Below, in pieces: positions 1 through 9,921 of a stretch of DNA of 64,000 bases; within the stretch, counting starts at the first letter, position 1, and every line of letters starts with the position of its first letter. The notes under the pieces were generated by a model. That model saw nothing but the letters and a program-made list of their open reading frames with translations. It did not search any database and was not told the DNA's origin. The stretch lies in IMG/VR virus record IMGVR_UViG_2731957907_000001, positions 1-64,000 of that record; one strand, written 5' to 3'. A program made the position numbers and the translations under genes. This DNA comes from a virus (Duplodnaviria > Caudoviricetes).

Positions 1-28
1 GGCGTGGAAATGTGTATAAGGAACAGCT

Positions 29-216
29 GGGTGGGTAAATTACTGCCCCGGGTGGGTAAATTACGGCGCTACAGCCCGGTTTGCTCGATATGGGTGGGTA
101 AATTACGGATTACGGGGTGTTGTGGCCACTATTTGTGACCTGTGATACCTGCAGAGGCCCCGTAATTGCTGGGTTTGCTCAAATGAGCAAGCTGCCATTC
201 CGTAATTTACACACCC
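29..216. repeat. Iterons of the plasmid origin (oriV)
   Basis: GGGTGGGTAAATTAC at 29-43, 50-64 and 92-106 (21-bp phase), plus an inverted copy with one mismatch at 202-216, directly upstream of repA. Confidence 0.85.
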
Positions 217-295
217 GCCACTACATCACCTGCGCCTTTCCTGTGCCAATACGAGCATCTATCATCCCTGACACAGCCAGAAACCGAGATTGCAT

Positions 296-1375
296 ATGTC
301 AGCCACCACTGAAGCTAACCCCCGGGCGCAGCGGGTGAAGGCGTTACAGGAAAAGCAGGCGAGTAGGAAGCGCGTGAAGGCTTCGCAGGGTGATCTGCTC
401 GAAGGCCTGGAGCCGGCACAGAAAAAGCGGGCGTCTAAGCCGACGGCCCCTGAGCCAAAGTCTGTAACGGTCAAGCCGCCCGTCAAACGCAAGAAGCCCC
501 AAGGGGCAGATCAGCCGGACTTCTTCGCCCCCATGCTGTACGACGTGGGCGCTAAGGATGAACGGGGCGTCTTGGACGTGGCTGTCTATCGTCTTTCCAA
601 ACGCGACAAGCGCGCCAACCAGGTGATGCGATATGAGCTCCCGGACGGCTTTGTGCAGGTCACCTCTGGCCCTTATGGGATGGCCTCAGTCTGGGACTAC
701 GACCTGGTGTTGATGGCGATATCGCATCTGACCGAGGCGATGAACAAGTTTGCAGACGGTTTGACTGATGAAATCCCCCCGCAGACATTCCGCCCGCATA
801 TCTCCGAGGTGTTGAAGTTCTGCCGCAAGGACAACGGCGGTAACCAGAAGGACTTCGTTGTGGAAGCGCTCAACCGGCTCAGCACCACGCATGTGGCTAT
901 CGAGCGCACCATCAACCGGAACGGCGAATCCAAGCTCATCAACAGCGGTGACAACCTGATTCATGGGACCCGGGTCATCAGTAACGCCCGCACGAAGAAG
1001 GTCGAGTACGTGGAGTACCGGCTGGCCAACAGGGTTTATGAAGAAATCACCAGCGGGGCGAAGCCTGATGTGCTCACCCTGCACCCGGACTACTTCCTCA
1101 TGGAGTCGGGCATTGAGCGCTTCCTATACAGGCTGGCGCGAAAAGCCGCCGGCAAGACGAATGCGCGTTGGGGCTTCAAAACGATCTACACGCGAAGTGG
1201 CAGCACCTCAAAGTTCAAGGAGTTCTGCCGCATGCTGCGCGAGATAATCGAAGATAACACCCTGCCGGAATACCACCTGGTGGAAGAAGAAGGCGTAGAG
1301 GGCCCAGTGCTGTGCATGGTGCACCGTAACGTCGCTGACAAGTGGGCCGACCCGACCCCTCCTGAGGTGGCGTAA
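296..1375 (+). CDS. repA: Plasmid replication initiator protein A (RPA family)
   Basis: Motifs GMASVWDYDLVL, LHPDYFLM, ERFLYRLARKAAG and LPEYHL typical of RPA-type initiators; adjacent iterons; ATG at 296 preferred. Confidence 0.85.
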   Translation: MSATTEANPRAQRVKALQEKQASRKRVKASQGDLLEGLEPAQKKRASKPTAPEPKSVTVKPPVKRKKPQGADQPDFFAPMLYDVGAKDERGVLDVAVYRLSKRDKRANQVMRYELPDGFVQVTSGPYGMASVWDYDLVLMAISHLTEAMNKFADGLTDEIPPQTFRPHISEVLKFCRKDNGGNQKDFVVEALNRLSTTHVAIERTINRNGESKLINSGDNLIHGTRVISNARTKKVEYVEYRLANRVYEEITSGAKPDVLTLHPDYFLMESGIERFLYRLARKAAGKTNARWGFKTIYTRSGSTSKFKEFCRMLREIIEDNTLPEYHLVEEEGVEGPVLCMVHRNVADKWADPTPPEVA

Positions 1376-1388
1376 CACCTCACACGGC

Positions 1389-1429
1389 GCAAACCTGGCC
1401 CGAATCTGCCCTGCAGGTGCGGTGACAAT
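1389..1429 (+). promoter_or_regulatory. Putative late promoter
   Basis: GCAAACC box, GACAAT 30 nt after GCAAA. Confidence 0.7.
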
Positions 1430-1460
1430 CCCCCGGTCAATGATGTTGCCGGGGGTTGTA

Positions 1461-1757
1461 GTGATTGAGATATCTAGGTTCTACAAAGAAGTGCGCAAAT
1501 TCTGCCAGCAGGAGCCGACCTACTCACCCCGGCGCCAGGTAGTGCGTACTTTGCCCAGCGACCGCTGGGACCTCTCGCGCGTGGCCAGGCGGGTCTACAA
1601 CGACGCCTCCGAGGTGCTGACCATCATGGCCGCTGCAGGCCTGCCCAACGTCGACTCCGAGCTCAAGGAGCAGGACCTGGTGTTGCCCACCATTGAGCAC
1701 CTGCATCTGCTCAAGCAGCAGGCCGGCCTGGTCACCAAAGTGCGGACGGTGCGGTAA
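1461..1757 (+). CDS. LysM-like / tail-X-like baseplate protein
   Basis: DRWDLSRVARRVYNDASEVLTIMAAAG...LVLP pattern; GTG start placed downstream of the promoter and a G-rich RBS. Confidence 0.55.
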   Translation: MIEISRFYKEVRKFCQQEPTYSPRRQVVRTLPSDRWDLSRVARRVYNDASEVLTIMAAAGLPNVDSELKEQDLVLPTIEHLHLLKQQAGLVTKVRTVR

Positions 1758-2836
1758 TGGCTGCCCAGGACAAGAAAGACCCGAAGCTTGAATTCATCCA
1801 GAGCGCGAACAGCGCCGGCAAGCAGGCTCGAGGCAAATTCGACTACGACCTGAACCGCCGACTGGGTGACCAGGCCGAGATTCTGACAGCTGACGACATG
1901 TCGGGGCTGTATGACCCAGAGCGCCGGCTGTTCACCACCATTGATGGCAGTCCGCGGCTGCTGACCCTGGACGATATCGCCGCCTTCAAAGCTGCAGTAA
2001 AGGACGTGCAGCGCCGGCACGGCCTCCAGAAGAACGGGAAAGGGATGCACGGCGGCATTCTGCCCCGGCAGGTCATCGACCTGTCCCGCCCGCAGGACCG
2101 GCGCCGCGCCGAGAAAGAAATCCACTTTGCGGTACCCGTCTCGAACCGGGCTGGCGTGGTGCACTTCCAGACCAATGCCGGCCCGAACTACGGGGCAGTA
2201 CGTCACCACGTCATGGTCCAGTTCCTGGGCTATGACAGCGCCCTGGCGGACGGTGACAGCAGCCGCAACGCCGCCAAAGCGATGATGCGCAGCAAGATCA
2301 AGTTCGACTGCGACTGCGGCCGACACACGTTCTGGTATCGCTACATCGCCACCATTGGCAACTTCAACTTTGGCCGAGCTGAAGACGGCTTTCCCAAGAT
2401 CCGCAACCCCACCATGTACGGGGTGGGCTGTAAGCACGTCCTGCGCGTAATGCAGACGATCAGCCATGGGCCGACCTTCCACAACTTCGCCACGCGCATG
2501 ATCGAGAACGGCCGCAAGCTGCTCAGTAACCAGCGCCAGATAGTGAGCGTTGCCGATCAGCATGCCTTTGTCGAAAAGGCCAAGGGCGTTCGCAGTCGCG
2601 ACCGGAAGCTGTCCACCTCGGGCGAGCGGCGTGAAATGCGCAACGGCACGCCGTCGGCAAAAGCCAAAGCTGCAGCCCGGATCAAGGCCGCCAGCGAGTC
2701 GCTACGCAAGACCCACGCCGCCAAAGTGAACAAGCCGGTGAGCGAGGACAAGAAAATCAAAGTGCTGATGGGCCTGGGCTACAGCCGAGAAGCCGCATTG
2801 GCCGCTATTGCCGCCGCAGACAAGGCACAGGGCTGA
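1757..2836 (+). CDS. Phage protein with SWIM-like zinc finger
   Basis: CDC...(NP)...GCKH motif; coupled to upstream gene. Confidence 0.65.
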   Translation: MAAQDKKDPKLEFIQSANSAGKQARGKFDYDLNRRLGDQAEILTADDMSGLYDPERRLFTTIDGSPRLLTLDDIAAFKAAVKDVQRRHGLQKNGKGMHGGILPRQVIDLSRPQDRRRAEKEIHFAVPVSNRAGVVHFQTNAGPNYGAVRHHVMVQFLGYDSALADGDSSRNAAKAMMRSKIKFDCDCGRHTFWYRYIATIGNFNFGRAEDGFPKIRNPTMYGVGCKHVLRVMQTISHGPTFHNFATRMIENGRKLLSNQRQIVSVADQHAFVEKAKGVRSRDRKLSTSGERREMRNGTPSAKAKAAARIKAASESLRKTHAAKVNKPVSEDKKIKVLMGLGYSREAALAAIAAADKAQG

Positions 2837-2839
2837 ATC

Positions 2840-3346
2840 ATGCTGAACAACGTTGCAACTGCAGTGAACCGCGCCGACCGCCAGCGGGTGCGGCGCCATC
2901 CCAATTCCTTGGACTGCGTGCTGTTCTCCAAGCGCGTCGATCGAGAGGACGATGGACAGGCATTCGACGGATCGCCGCTATTGGGCGGCGCAGGCATGCT
3001 GTCGTCTGAAGACGAAGTGAATTACACCTGGGTGCAGGCCGCCGATGCGCGCATTAACTTTGCCCAGGGCTTCGCAGCGCAGCTGGGCAATACGTCGGAT
3101 GATGGCCGGCGCTTGAACTACGAAGACCAGGTGCTAGAGGCCTCCATCGAGCCTGAGCACGAACCAGGCTCAGAAGGGTATGTGCAGCCGGTCAAGGACA
3201 TGCTTGTGGCAGTCCTGGTGGGCGGGGGCGTCATCGTCAATTACCAGATCGTGGACGTGACAGGCGAGATAAACATCCCGCCCTACACCCGCAAGTACCT
3301 GCTCAACCCCCGACCCGATGAAGCGCCTACGGCAGAGCTCGATTGA
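2840..3346 (+). CDS. Putative virion (neck/head completion) protein
   Basis: Co-oriented in late operon just before the portal; function inferred from position only. Confidence 0.5.
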   Translation: MLNNVATAVNRADRQRVRRHPNSLDCVLFSKRVDREDDGQAFDGSPLLGGAGMLSSEDEVNYTWVQAADARINFAQGFAAQLGNTSDDGRRLNYEDQVLEASIEPEHEPGSEGYVQPVKDMLVAVLVGGGVIVNYQIVDVTGEINIPPYTRKYLLNPRPDEAPTAELD

Positions 3347-3385
3347 GCGCCTGGCCACCTGCAGGCGTGTGAGCCTCTGAGGGGT

Positions 3386-3426
3386 GCAAAGCCCCCGGAT
3401 TTCGGGGCGTTTTGCACCGTTACGCT
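3386..3426 (+). promoter_or_regulatory. Putative late promoter
   Basis: GCAAAGCCCCCGG box, TACGCT at the same spacing. Confidence 0.7.
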
Positions 3427-3460
3427 GGTCGCCAAATAGGCCTCCTGCGTATCCACTGAC

Positions 3461-5077
3461 ATGGCAGACGAACAGAAACCGAAAAAGACCCTGCTGAGCA
3501 AGCTGGGCGCCGCCACCAAGGCGGCTACCAAACTCATGTTGGCAGAGGTGGACGTGACCGCGACGAAGATGGCGGGCACCTCCACGTTCGACGCGGACTA
3601 TGTCGGCATCGAAATGCTGATGGGCAATGGCTCCCGTCCAGCCCGCTCCCGATCGGAGATTTACACCAAATGGCACTACATGGTGCAGGACGGCCTAATC
3701 AGCACCATCCTGCGCTTACACGTCCAGATGGCGCTGGGTGGGCACGAAACCACAGGCGAAACCATCTTCATCGAGCCGAAGGCGAATATCAGCCCAGCTG
3801 ACGCCAAGATCGTGGCCGATCTGTCTCGTATCACAGCCATGCTCAACAAGAGCGCGCACGGTACGTGTTTCAGTGCAGCCGCCTTTGGTGATGCCTACGC
3901 CCGCATTCGGACGGTGCCCAAGGTGGGTGTGGTCCAGATCGACACAGAAAGCATGTTCTCGCCCCTGGTGCAGCCATACGTGGAGGCTGGCCGCACTGTG
4001 GGGTATGTCGTGAGCTTGGGCCCCAAGCTGCAGTCGCGGTTCAGCCACCTGCAGGTTGTGCGCATGAAGATGCCGCGCATGGTGTTCTTGCCGCAAATGC
4101 GGGCCGTCGAGAACGCCCAGAAGATGGACCTTGAGTCCGACAAGATCGATGACCTGCGGCCGCTGCCGGACCTGGTGGGCGGTTCGTTCCTCGAGGCCAT
4201 GGAGGAGGACTATGACAACCTGATCGCCGCCCTGCGCGGGATGATCGGGCAGCGCATCGCCGGCTCGATCGATGAGACGATGATCGGCGCCAACATGTCG
4301 GACATGACCCTGGAGCAGCAAGAAAGCTTCATGCGGTCGCTGGAAAAAATGCTCAAGTCCATGAAGGACCGGGCTGAGCAGGCGGTGAAGACAGGCGTAT
4401 ACGCCACGTCCCGCAATTTCCACATCATGCCGACCTTCAACGAAAAGCAGCTCAGCCAGATATCCAGCTTCCAGGGCGCGAGCTCCGGCGCCGGCGCCAA
4501 CATCGAGGACGTGATGTTTTGCGCCCGCAAGCTGGCCGGTACCGGTGGTATCGACCTGTCCATGGTGGGCTTTGCCGACCAACTGACCGGCGGGTTGGGT
4601 GAGGGCGGGTTCAACCGCACCAGCAGCCAAGCTGCAGAGCGCTCCAGGATCATCCGCACGGCCTACATGGCCTATGTCAACGACATCATCGACCGCGACA
4701 TGCTGGCCAAGTATGGCTGGTGCTGGGACGACAGCGAGCGCCCCTACAACGTCAACTTCTACGGCTCCATTGCTGCCCTTGAGGCCGAGAAACAGGCCAG
4801 CCGGGAGCGGGCGATGAACACCGTGGCCATCCTGGTGCAGGTGCTGGTCGGTATGCGGGACCTGGGCACCGACCAGGCGACCAATGAGCAGCTTCTGCTG
4901 ATGGCTGAGCTTGACCAGGAGCAGGTCAAGGCTGTGGCCAAGGGCCTCAAGAACGCCAAACCTCCCCAGCCAGATATGGGTGGCGGGCAGTTCATGGACG
5001 CAAACGGGCAGCCCATCGAGCCGTTAGAGCCTGAGCGGGCACTGACCAATGAAAACGACGACGAGGAGGCCGCGTAA
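3461..5077 (+). CDS. Portal protein (P1 Prt-like)
   Basis: 538 aa, helical, FGDAY motif, acidic/Pro-rich tail, immediately upstream of protease as in P1 prt-pro. Confidence 0.7.
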   Translation: MADEQKPKKTLLSKLGAATKAATKLMLAEVDVTATKMAGTSTFDADYVGIEMLMGNGSRPARSRSEIYTKWHYMVQDGLISTILRLHVQMALGGHETTGETIFIEPKANISPADAKIVADLSRITAMLNKSAHGTCFSAAAFGDAYARIRTVPKVGVVQIDTESMFSPLVQPYVEAGRTVGYVVSLGPKLQSRFSHLQVVRMKMPRMVFLPQMRAVENAQKMDLESDKIDDLRPLPDLVGGSFLEAMEEDYDNLIAALRGMIGQRIAGSIDETMIGANMSDMTLEQQESFMRSLEKMLKSMKDRAEQAVKTGVYATSRNFHIMPTFNEKQLSQISSFQGASSGAGANIEDVMFCARKLAGTGGIDLSMVGFADQLTGGLGEGGFNRTSSQAAERSRIIRTAYMAYVNDIIDRDMLAKYGWCWDDSERPYNVNFYGSIAALEAEKQASRERAMNTVAILVQVLVGMRDLGTDQATNEQLLLMAELDQEQVKAVAKGLKNAKPPQPDMGGGQFMDANGQPIEPLEPERALTNENDDEEAA

Positions 5078-5997
5078 TGGCATATCGTACCCCCATCATC
5101 AGCTACAACCTGAACGAGCGCGGCCGCGACTACACCGGCCAGCATCGTGATGTCGATATCGGCGCCACCATGAGCCTGATCAACAGCCCAGCCACGCAAG
5201 AGGCCGTGCGCAAGGGCGATTTCAATGGATACGTGGGGCACGGGTTCCGCGAAAAGTACGGCCTGGCTGTCCCTGAGACGGTGATTGAGGGCGGCAGAAC
5301 GGTGGTACTGGAGCCGGCCTGCAAGACCGTTTATCTCAAGTGCCTCCCCGACGGCACAGTCCAGCATCAGCAAGAGTTCATGGACTCCGGCCCAGGCCGC
5401 GTTGCCGCTCGCCTGTTCAAAAGCGGCAACTGGGGGTTCAGCTCTGTATTCCATGCTCCTGAGGTGAACGGCAAGCGCACCCCCATCCGGTACTACGGCA
5501 TGGACTTCGTGCGCAGCCCCAACTACGACACCAATCGTGGTTACGACACCATGCTCGACAGCGCAGAGCCGGGTGCCTTGGCGACTGGCGGATTCGCTCA
5601 AGACTATGCGGACATGATGGACAGCGTCAGCCAGTCCCTGGCCGAAAGCGATACGCGCGTGGCGCAAAGCGAGGAGCATGCACACGCCATTAGCGAATCC
5701 TATCTGCACCAGTGCCAGGTGAACGAGGAGTTGGTAGATCGCTGTGCACGGCTTGAGGAGAAGATGCGGGCGCATGGCATGGATAGCAGCATGCTGGACA
5801 GCGTGACGCCGGATCAGCTGGCGCGTGGCTCCTCCTACATGCCGTCGCGTGCTGCGCAGATGCTCGACAGCGCCGATCGCTTCATGGCGGCTGTCTTGCC
5901 CGCCGACGAACCTGCGCCCGCTGAGGACGACAAGACGGTTGGCATCCTTGCCAAAGGCCAGGCCCTGGTCGCCCAAGCTTTGGGATGGCGCCGCTGA
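5077..5997 (+). CDS. Prohead maturation protease (P1 Pro-like)
   Basis: GYVGH, WGFSS and GMDFVRSPNY match the His/Ser/Asp layout of T4 gp21-type prohead proteases; C-terminal scaffold-like region with MLDS repeats. Confidence 0.7.
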   Translation: MAYRTPIISYNLNERGRDYTGQHRDVDIGATMSLINSPATQEAVRKGDFNGYVGHGFREKYGLAVPETVIEGGRTVVLEPACKTVYLKCLPDGTVQHQQEFMDSGPGRVAARLFKSGNWGFSSVFHAPEVNGKRTPIRYYGMDFVRSPNYDTNRGYDTMLDSAEPGALATGGFAQDYADMMDSVSQSLAESDTRVAQSEEHAHAISESYLHQCQVNEELVDRCARLEEKMRAHGMDSSMLDSVTPDQLARGSSYMPSRAAQMLDSADRFMAAVLPADEPAPAEDDKTVGILAKGQALVAQALGWRR

Positions 5998-8900
5998 TGG
6001 AAAAACTACTTAGCCGAGACCAGTACGACCAATCGGGCTTTCTGGTAGGGCCGAAGACCGATGACGACATGGACAAGGAAGGGCGCCAGATTGACATCCT
6101 GCGCGCCATCCACGGCGACACGCAGGAGACGGTCGACCAGCTGGCGCGAATCGCTGATGGCATCAGCCAGTTATCGGTGGCGCCTACCCCTGGCGTTGCA
6201 ACAGCCCATGTCGTGGCCGATCGAGCCCAGGAGCAGGACAAGTCACCGCTGCACGCTGCACCAGCAGAGCCTGCAGGTGAAGACCGAGGTGGACAGCATG
6301 ACGCCCCTGGCCAAGCCACCCAGACAGCTGCAGACGGGCCAGCGGTAGCGGTCCAGCTACAGATCGATCAGCACGCACTGCCAGGCGTGAACGCGCCGCC
6401 TCCACCTGTGTCATCGCCTGCCAGGGCCTTTGTGCCTGCTCAGCCTAAAGACAGCGCCCCCGCATCAGCGCCGCCCAGTGCTTCTGCCGGTAGGACCAAC
6501 TTGCCGCCCATGGTGCAGCCGGTCATCGCTGATCCGCAGGTAGCTATCATCGAGGCGACTGAGCGTGAACGTCGTCGACGCGAACGGGAAGCGCCAGCTG
6601 ATGGGCGCCAGCCCCGGGAGCAGAAGCGTCAAGCCAACGGCAGATTCGGATCAGGTCAAGCGGGCAGGGAGCCTGCAAGTGCTCACGACGGCGGTATCCA
6701 GGCCAAGTCCGGGGAAGCATTGGCAGCCGCCTCAGAGTCTCTGAAAAACGCAGCTCGGGGCATTGCCGACGGCGCCGATAGCATCGACCCAAGCGTCCAG
6801 GCCGTAAAAGAGGTGAGTGCGGTTGTCTCGCCGGTGCTCGGTATCTTCAAGCCATTGACGGGGCTTTTCAGCTTCAAGCGTTCGTCGCCAGCGGAGAAGC
6901 GCCACCGCACCGACGTTCTCTGGTACCGGCGTATCTGGGGCGCGCTGCGCGACAAGAAAAGCGATTCACGGCTTGGCATCCTCCTCACGGGGCTGGCAGC
7001 AATGCTGGGCATGCTCCTGGCGCCGATCAAGGCCCTGGCCAGGGTGCTGGGTATAACGCGCGGGTTGGCGGCTATGGGCGGGCTGGCGCGGGCCGCTGGC
7101 GGGTTACTAGGACGCAGAGGGCGTGCCGGCCGCAATGGCCGACCGGGACGAGGTGGCCATGCCCAGCCACGCACAGGCCGTCAGAAGCCGGTGGGGCGGT
7201 CGCGGCAGGCAAGGACGGCCGACGCCCTGGCAGAGAAGGCCACGGCTCGGCGCAACGCTACGGAAAAGCCCGGGGCCCCTCCTCATGCGCGGTCTACCAA
7301 ATCCAGCACTGTAAGCACCAAAGACACCAAAACGCTTCGTTACATTGGCCGCGAACGTACCAGTTCTGTTCTGCGATCAGAGGTTGCTACACCTGGGCCA
7401 ACAGCAGCTGAGCACAGGAGCAAAGTAAGAGGCCAACATAAAGGCGCTAAAAGCACCAATAGCACTAAAAGCATTCAGGCGCCCGCACGTCAGGCCGGGC
7501 GGCTTTCTCGTGCGACACGCGGCGCGCTGGGCGCAGTTGGAGGCCTGGCCAAGCGTATCCCATACATCGGTGCCTTGCTGGGACTGGGGGCCATTGCCAC
7601 GACGGCCATGGCCAAGGAAGACCCGGGCGCCACTCCGGAACAGCGCCAGCAGGCCCGCACCCAGCGGTTCGGGACATATGGCAGCGTTGCTGGTGGTGCA
7701 CTAGGCGGCGTGCTGGGGATGTTCGGCGGGCCAGCTGGGGCCATCGCTGGCGGAATCCTGGGTGAACAGCTAGGTGAGACAGTCGGCAAATGGCTTTCTA
7801 CCGTTGACCTGCATGCAATGGTTGATGGCGTCTCAGGTGCCTTCCTGGGCCTTGCGAAGAACGCTACAGACCAAGTCGCCAACGCCCTGGATTACGTGCG
7901 AGCGAAGTGGGACGGGCTGGTAGCCGCAGGCGCGTCGGCGCTGACAGGCATTGCGGACTGGGCCAAGCTGCGATTGACGGTGGCCACCGACAAGATTGCA
8001 GCAGTTCGAGATACAGCGGCCGACAAGTACGCCAATGCCAGGCAGGCAGTTACAGACCGCGCCACAAGCATCAAAGACGCTGGCCAGAATGTGCTGCGTC
8101 AGGTCACCAATGGGCGTTACACGGGCGGGTCCGACGCACGCAAAGACGAGCTCATTCGGGCTATGGACGCGGGTGGCATCACGGACGCCAAATCCAAGGC
8201 CGCGCTTATGGCCAACGTGGACCATGAGTCGCAAGGGTTCACGCGCAGTGAGGAGAACCTGAACTACAGCGCCAAGCGGCTGCAGCAGGTTTTCCCGAAG
8301 TACTACTCGAGCATTGAGCAGGCCCGGGCGGACGCCGGCAATCCGGAGGCGATCGCCAATCGTGTCTACGGCGGGCGCATGGGTAACACCGAGGCCGGCG
8401 ACGGGTTCAAGTATCGGGGCCGTGGGGCAATCCAGCTGACAGGCAAGCACCAATACGAGGCCATGGGCAAGAAGCTGGGCGTTGACCTGGTGAACAACCC
8501 GGAGCTGGCCAGCGATCCGAAGTACTCGGCACAAATCGCGGTTCAGTACTGGAAGGATTCCGGCGCCAACGCGGCTGCCATCAGGGGGAACGTTACGCAA
8601 GCCAGGGTTTTGACCAATGGCGGTACCAACGGCCTGGAGGATGTCAAAAGCAAGTACGACAAGTACCTGGTGCAGTCCAAAGCCGGGGACCTAACGCCCA
8701 CGCGCCGCGCGGATCAGGTTCAGGTAGCGCCGCCGGCTGCCGCTGCAGGTGCTATCACCGACACAATGGCCAGAGTGACGGGCCACAGCACGGCGGTACC
8801 GGGCGTGACCGGTCAGAAGGTGGCCATGGGTGCAGGTCCTCTGGTGCTGGCCAGGTCTGGGCGCGCCCCGGGCAGCACGCCTGGCATCTTGCCTGGGCGT

Positions 8901-9521
8901 GGGCCGCTGGTGATGGCGCCCACTCCAGGTGAAGCCACAACAGCAGCTACAGGGGGCGTTTCGCTGGCCACGCTGCCATTTGCCGCTGATAAAGCGCTGG
9001 CGGCGGTACGTCCCCAGCAGGCGCAACCCTTGGCAGCTCCTCCTGCCGGCGCGCCCGGTGCAGTGCCGCGGGCTTCGGTTCAGAGTGATGCCGAGGCCGC
9101 GCGGGCGGCGGCGCCAGTTCAAGGGGCTGCAGGACAACCGGGGCGCAACCTGCTTCATGGGCAGGCTCAGGCCACACAGCCTCGGTTGCTGGGCATGCTG
9201 CCCATCCCCGCCATGCAGGCGGCGCCCGCGTCGGCCGGGCTGGCGCCGACCGCCACGCCATCGTTGGTGCCTAAGGTGGCCACCGCCGCCCCGGTTACGC
9301 TGAAGATGCCGCCATTGCCCACCTACAGCGCGCCGGCGGCTGATGCCAGCTCGATCAAGGTGCCAAGCGCGCCCAGTGTGACCAAGCCTATGCTTGGTGG
9401 CTCGAGCAAGCCTGCGGCGGCGCCCCAGGTGCCCATGCGGCTAAGCCAGGACATGGATGAGCGAGGCATTGCTCACGCCGCTACCGGCGGCCTGGGAGGC
9501 CAATCGATAGGGCGCATGTAG
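5985..9521 (+). CDS. Tape-measure / Sit-like protein with GH19 peptidoglycan hydrolase domain
   Basis: HESQGF..EENLNYS, IANRVYGGRMGN, DGFKYRGRGAIQLTG, NGGTNGL; glycine-zipper and hydrophobic segments; precedes baseplate genes like P1 sit. Confidence 0.75.
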   Translation: MAPLMEKLLSRDQYDQSGFLVGPKTDDDMDKEGRQIDILRAIHGDTQETVDQLARIADGISQLSVAPTPGVATAHVVADRAQEQDKSPLHAAPAEPAGEDRGGQHDAPGQATQTAADGPAVAVQLQIDQHALPGVNAPPPPVSSPARAFVPAQPKDSAPASAPPSASAGRTNLPPMVQPVIADPQVAIIEATERERRRREREAPADGRQPREQKRQANGRFGSGQAGREPASAHDGGIQAKSGEALAAASESLKNAARGIADGADSIDPSVQAVKEVSAVVSPVLGIFKPLTGLFSFKRSSPAEKRHRTDVLWYRRIWGALRDKKSDSRLGILLTGLAAMLGMLLAPIKALARVLGITRGLAAMGGLARAAGGLLGRRGRAGRNGRPGRGGHAQPRTGRQKPVGRSRQARTADALAEKATARRNATEKPGAPPHARSTKSSTVSTKDTKTLRYIGRERTSSVLRSEVATPGPTAAEHRSKVRGQHKGAKSTNSTKSIQAPARQAGRLSRATRGALGAVGGLAKRIPYIGALLGLGAIATTAMAKEDPGATPEQRQQARTQRFGTYGSVAGGALGGVLGMFGGPAGAIAGGILGEQLGETVGKWLSTVDLHAMVDGVSGAFLGLAKNATDQVANALDYVRAKWDGLVAAGASALTGIADWAKLRLTVATDKIAAVRDTAADKYANARQAVTDRATSIKDAGQNVLRQVTNGRYTGGSDARKDELIRAMDAGGITDAKSKAALMANVDHESQGFTRSEENLNYSAKRLQQVFPKYYSSIEQARADAGNPEAIANRVYGGRMGNTEAGDGFKYRGRGAIQLTGKHQYEAMGKKLGVDLVNNPELASDPKYSAQIAVQYWKDSGANAAAIRGNVTQARVLTNGGTNGLEDVKSKYDKYLVQSKAGDLTPTRRADQVQVAPPAAAAGAITDTMARVTGHSTAVPGVTGQKVAMGAGPLVLARSGRAPGSTPGILPGRGPLVMAPTPGEATTAATGGVSLATLPFAADKALAAVRPQQAQPLAAPPAGAPGAVPRASVQSDAEAARAAAPVQGAAGQPGRNLLHGQAQATQPRLLGMLPIPAMQAAPASAGLAPTATPSLVPKVATAAPVTLKMPPLPTYSAPAADASSIKVPSAPSVTKPMLGGSSKPAAAPQVPMRLSQDMDERGIAHAATGGLGGQSIGRM

Positions 9522-9531
9522 CCCAAACCAT

Positions 9532-9572
9532 GGAAACCGCCGGCCAAACCGGCGGTTTTTGTTTGTCATCAT
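9532..9572 (+). promoter_or_regulatory. Putative late promoter overlapping a terminator-like hairpin
   Basis: GGAAACC box and CATCAT at the conserved spacing; AAACCGCCGG/CCGGCGGTTTTT hairpin. Confidence 0.6.
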
Positions 9573-9600
9573 CCGGGCAATAGTTTGTGACCGGTGCCCC

Positions 9601-9921
9601 ATGGCCAATGCTGCTTACAACGTAGATTTGCTGTTCCGAATGATCGCCCATTGGGTGCAGACCAAACCCTATGCCTATCTGGGCTCGTCTTACGGTGCCC
9701 CTCTGGAAGAAATGCTGCAAAAGCCCCTGAGCTCGCCCATCGCTGATGCCTTCCTGGCAAAGATGCGCGCTGACATTCCAGTGCTCGCTGCGCTCCCTGC
9801 CAGCGTCGTGACCATGTACGCGGAGAGCAATGGCATCGATCGCAAATACATCTACATCGACATCGATGGTTCAGCTGTGAGCCTGTCGGACTTGGAGGGG
9901 GTCACCCGTGGCAGTTACTAA
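9601..9921 (+). CDS. gp25/W-like baseplate wedge protein (PmgA-like)
   Basis: SYGAPLEEMLQKP motif, size and position before J-like gene. Confidence 0.6.
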   Translation: MANAAYNVDLLFRMIAHWVQTKPYAYLGSSYGAPLEEMLQKPLSSPIADAFLAKMRADIPVLAALPASVVTMYAESNGIDRKYIYIDIDGSAVSLSDLEGVTRGSY

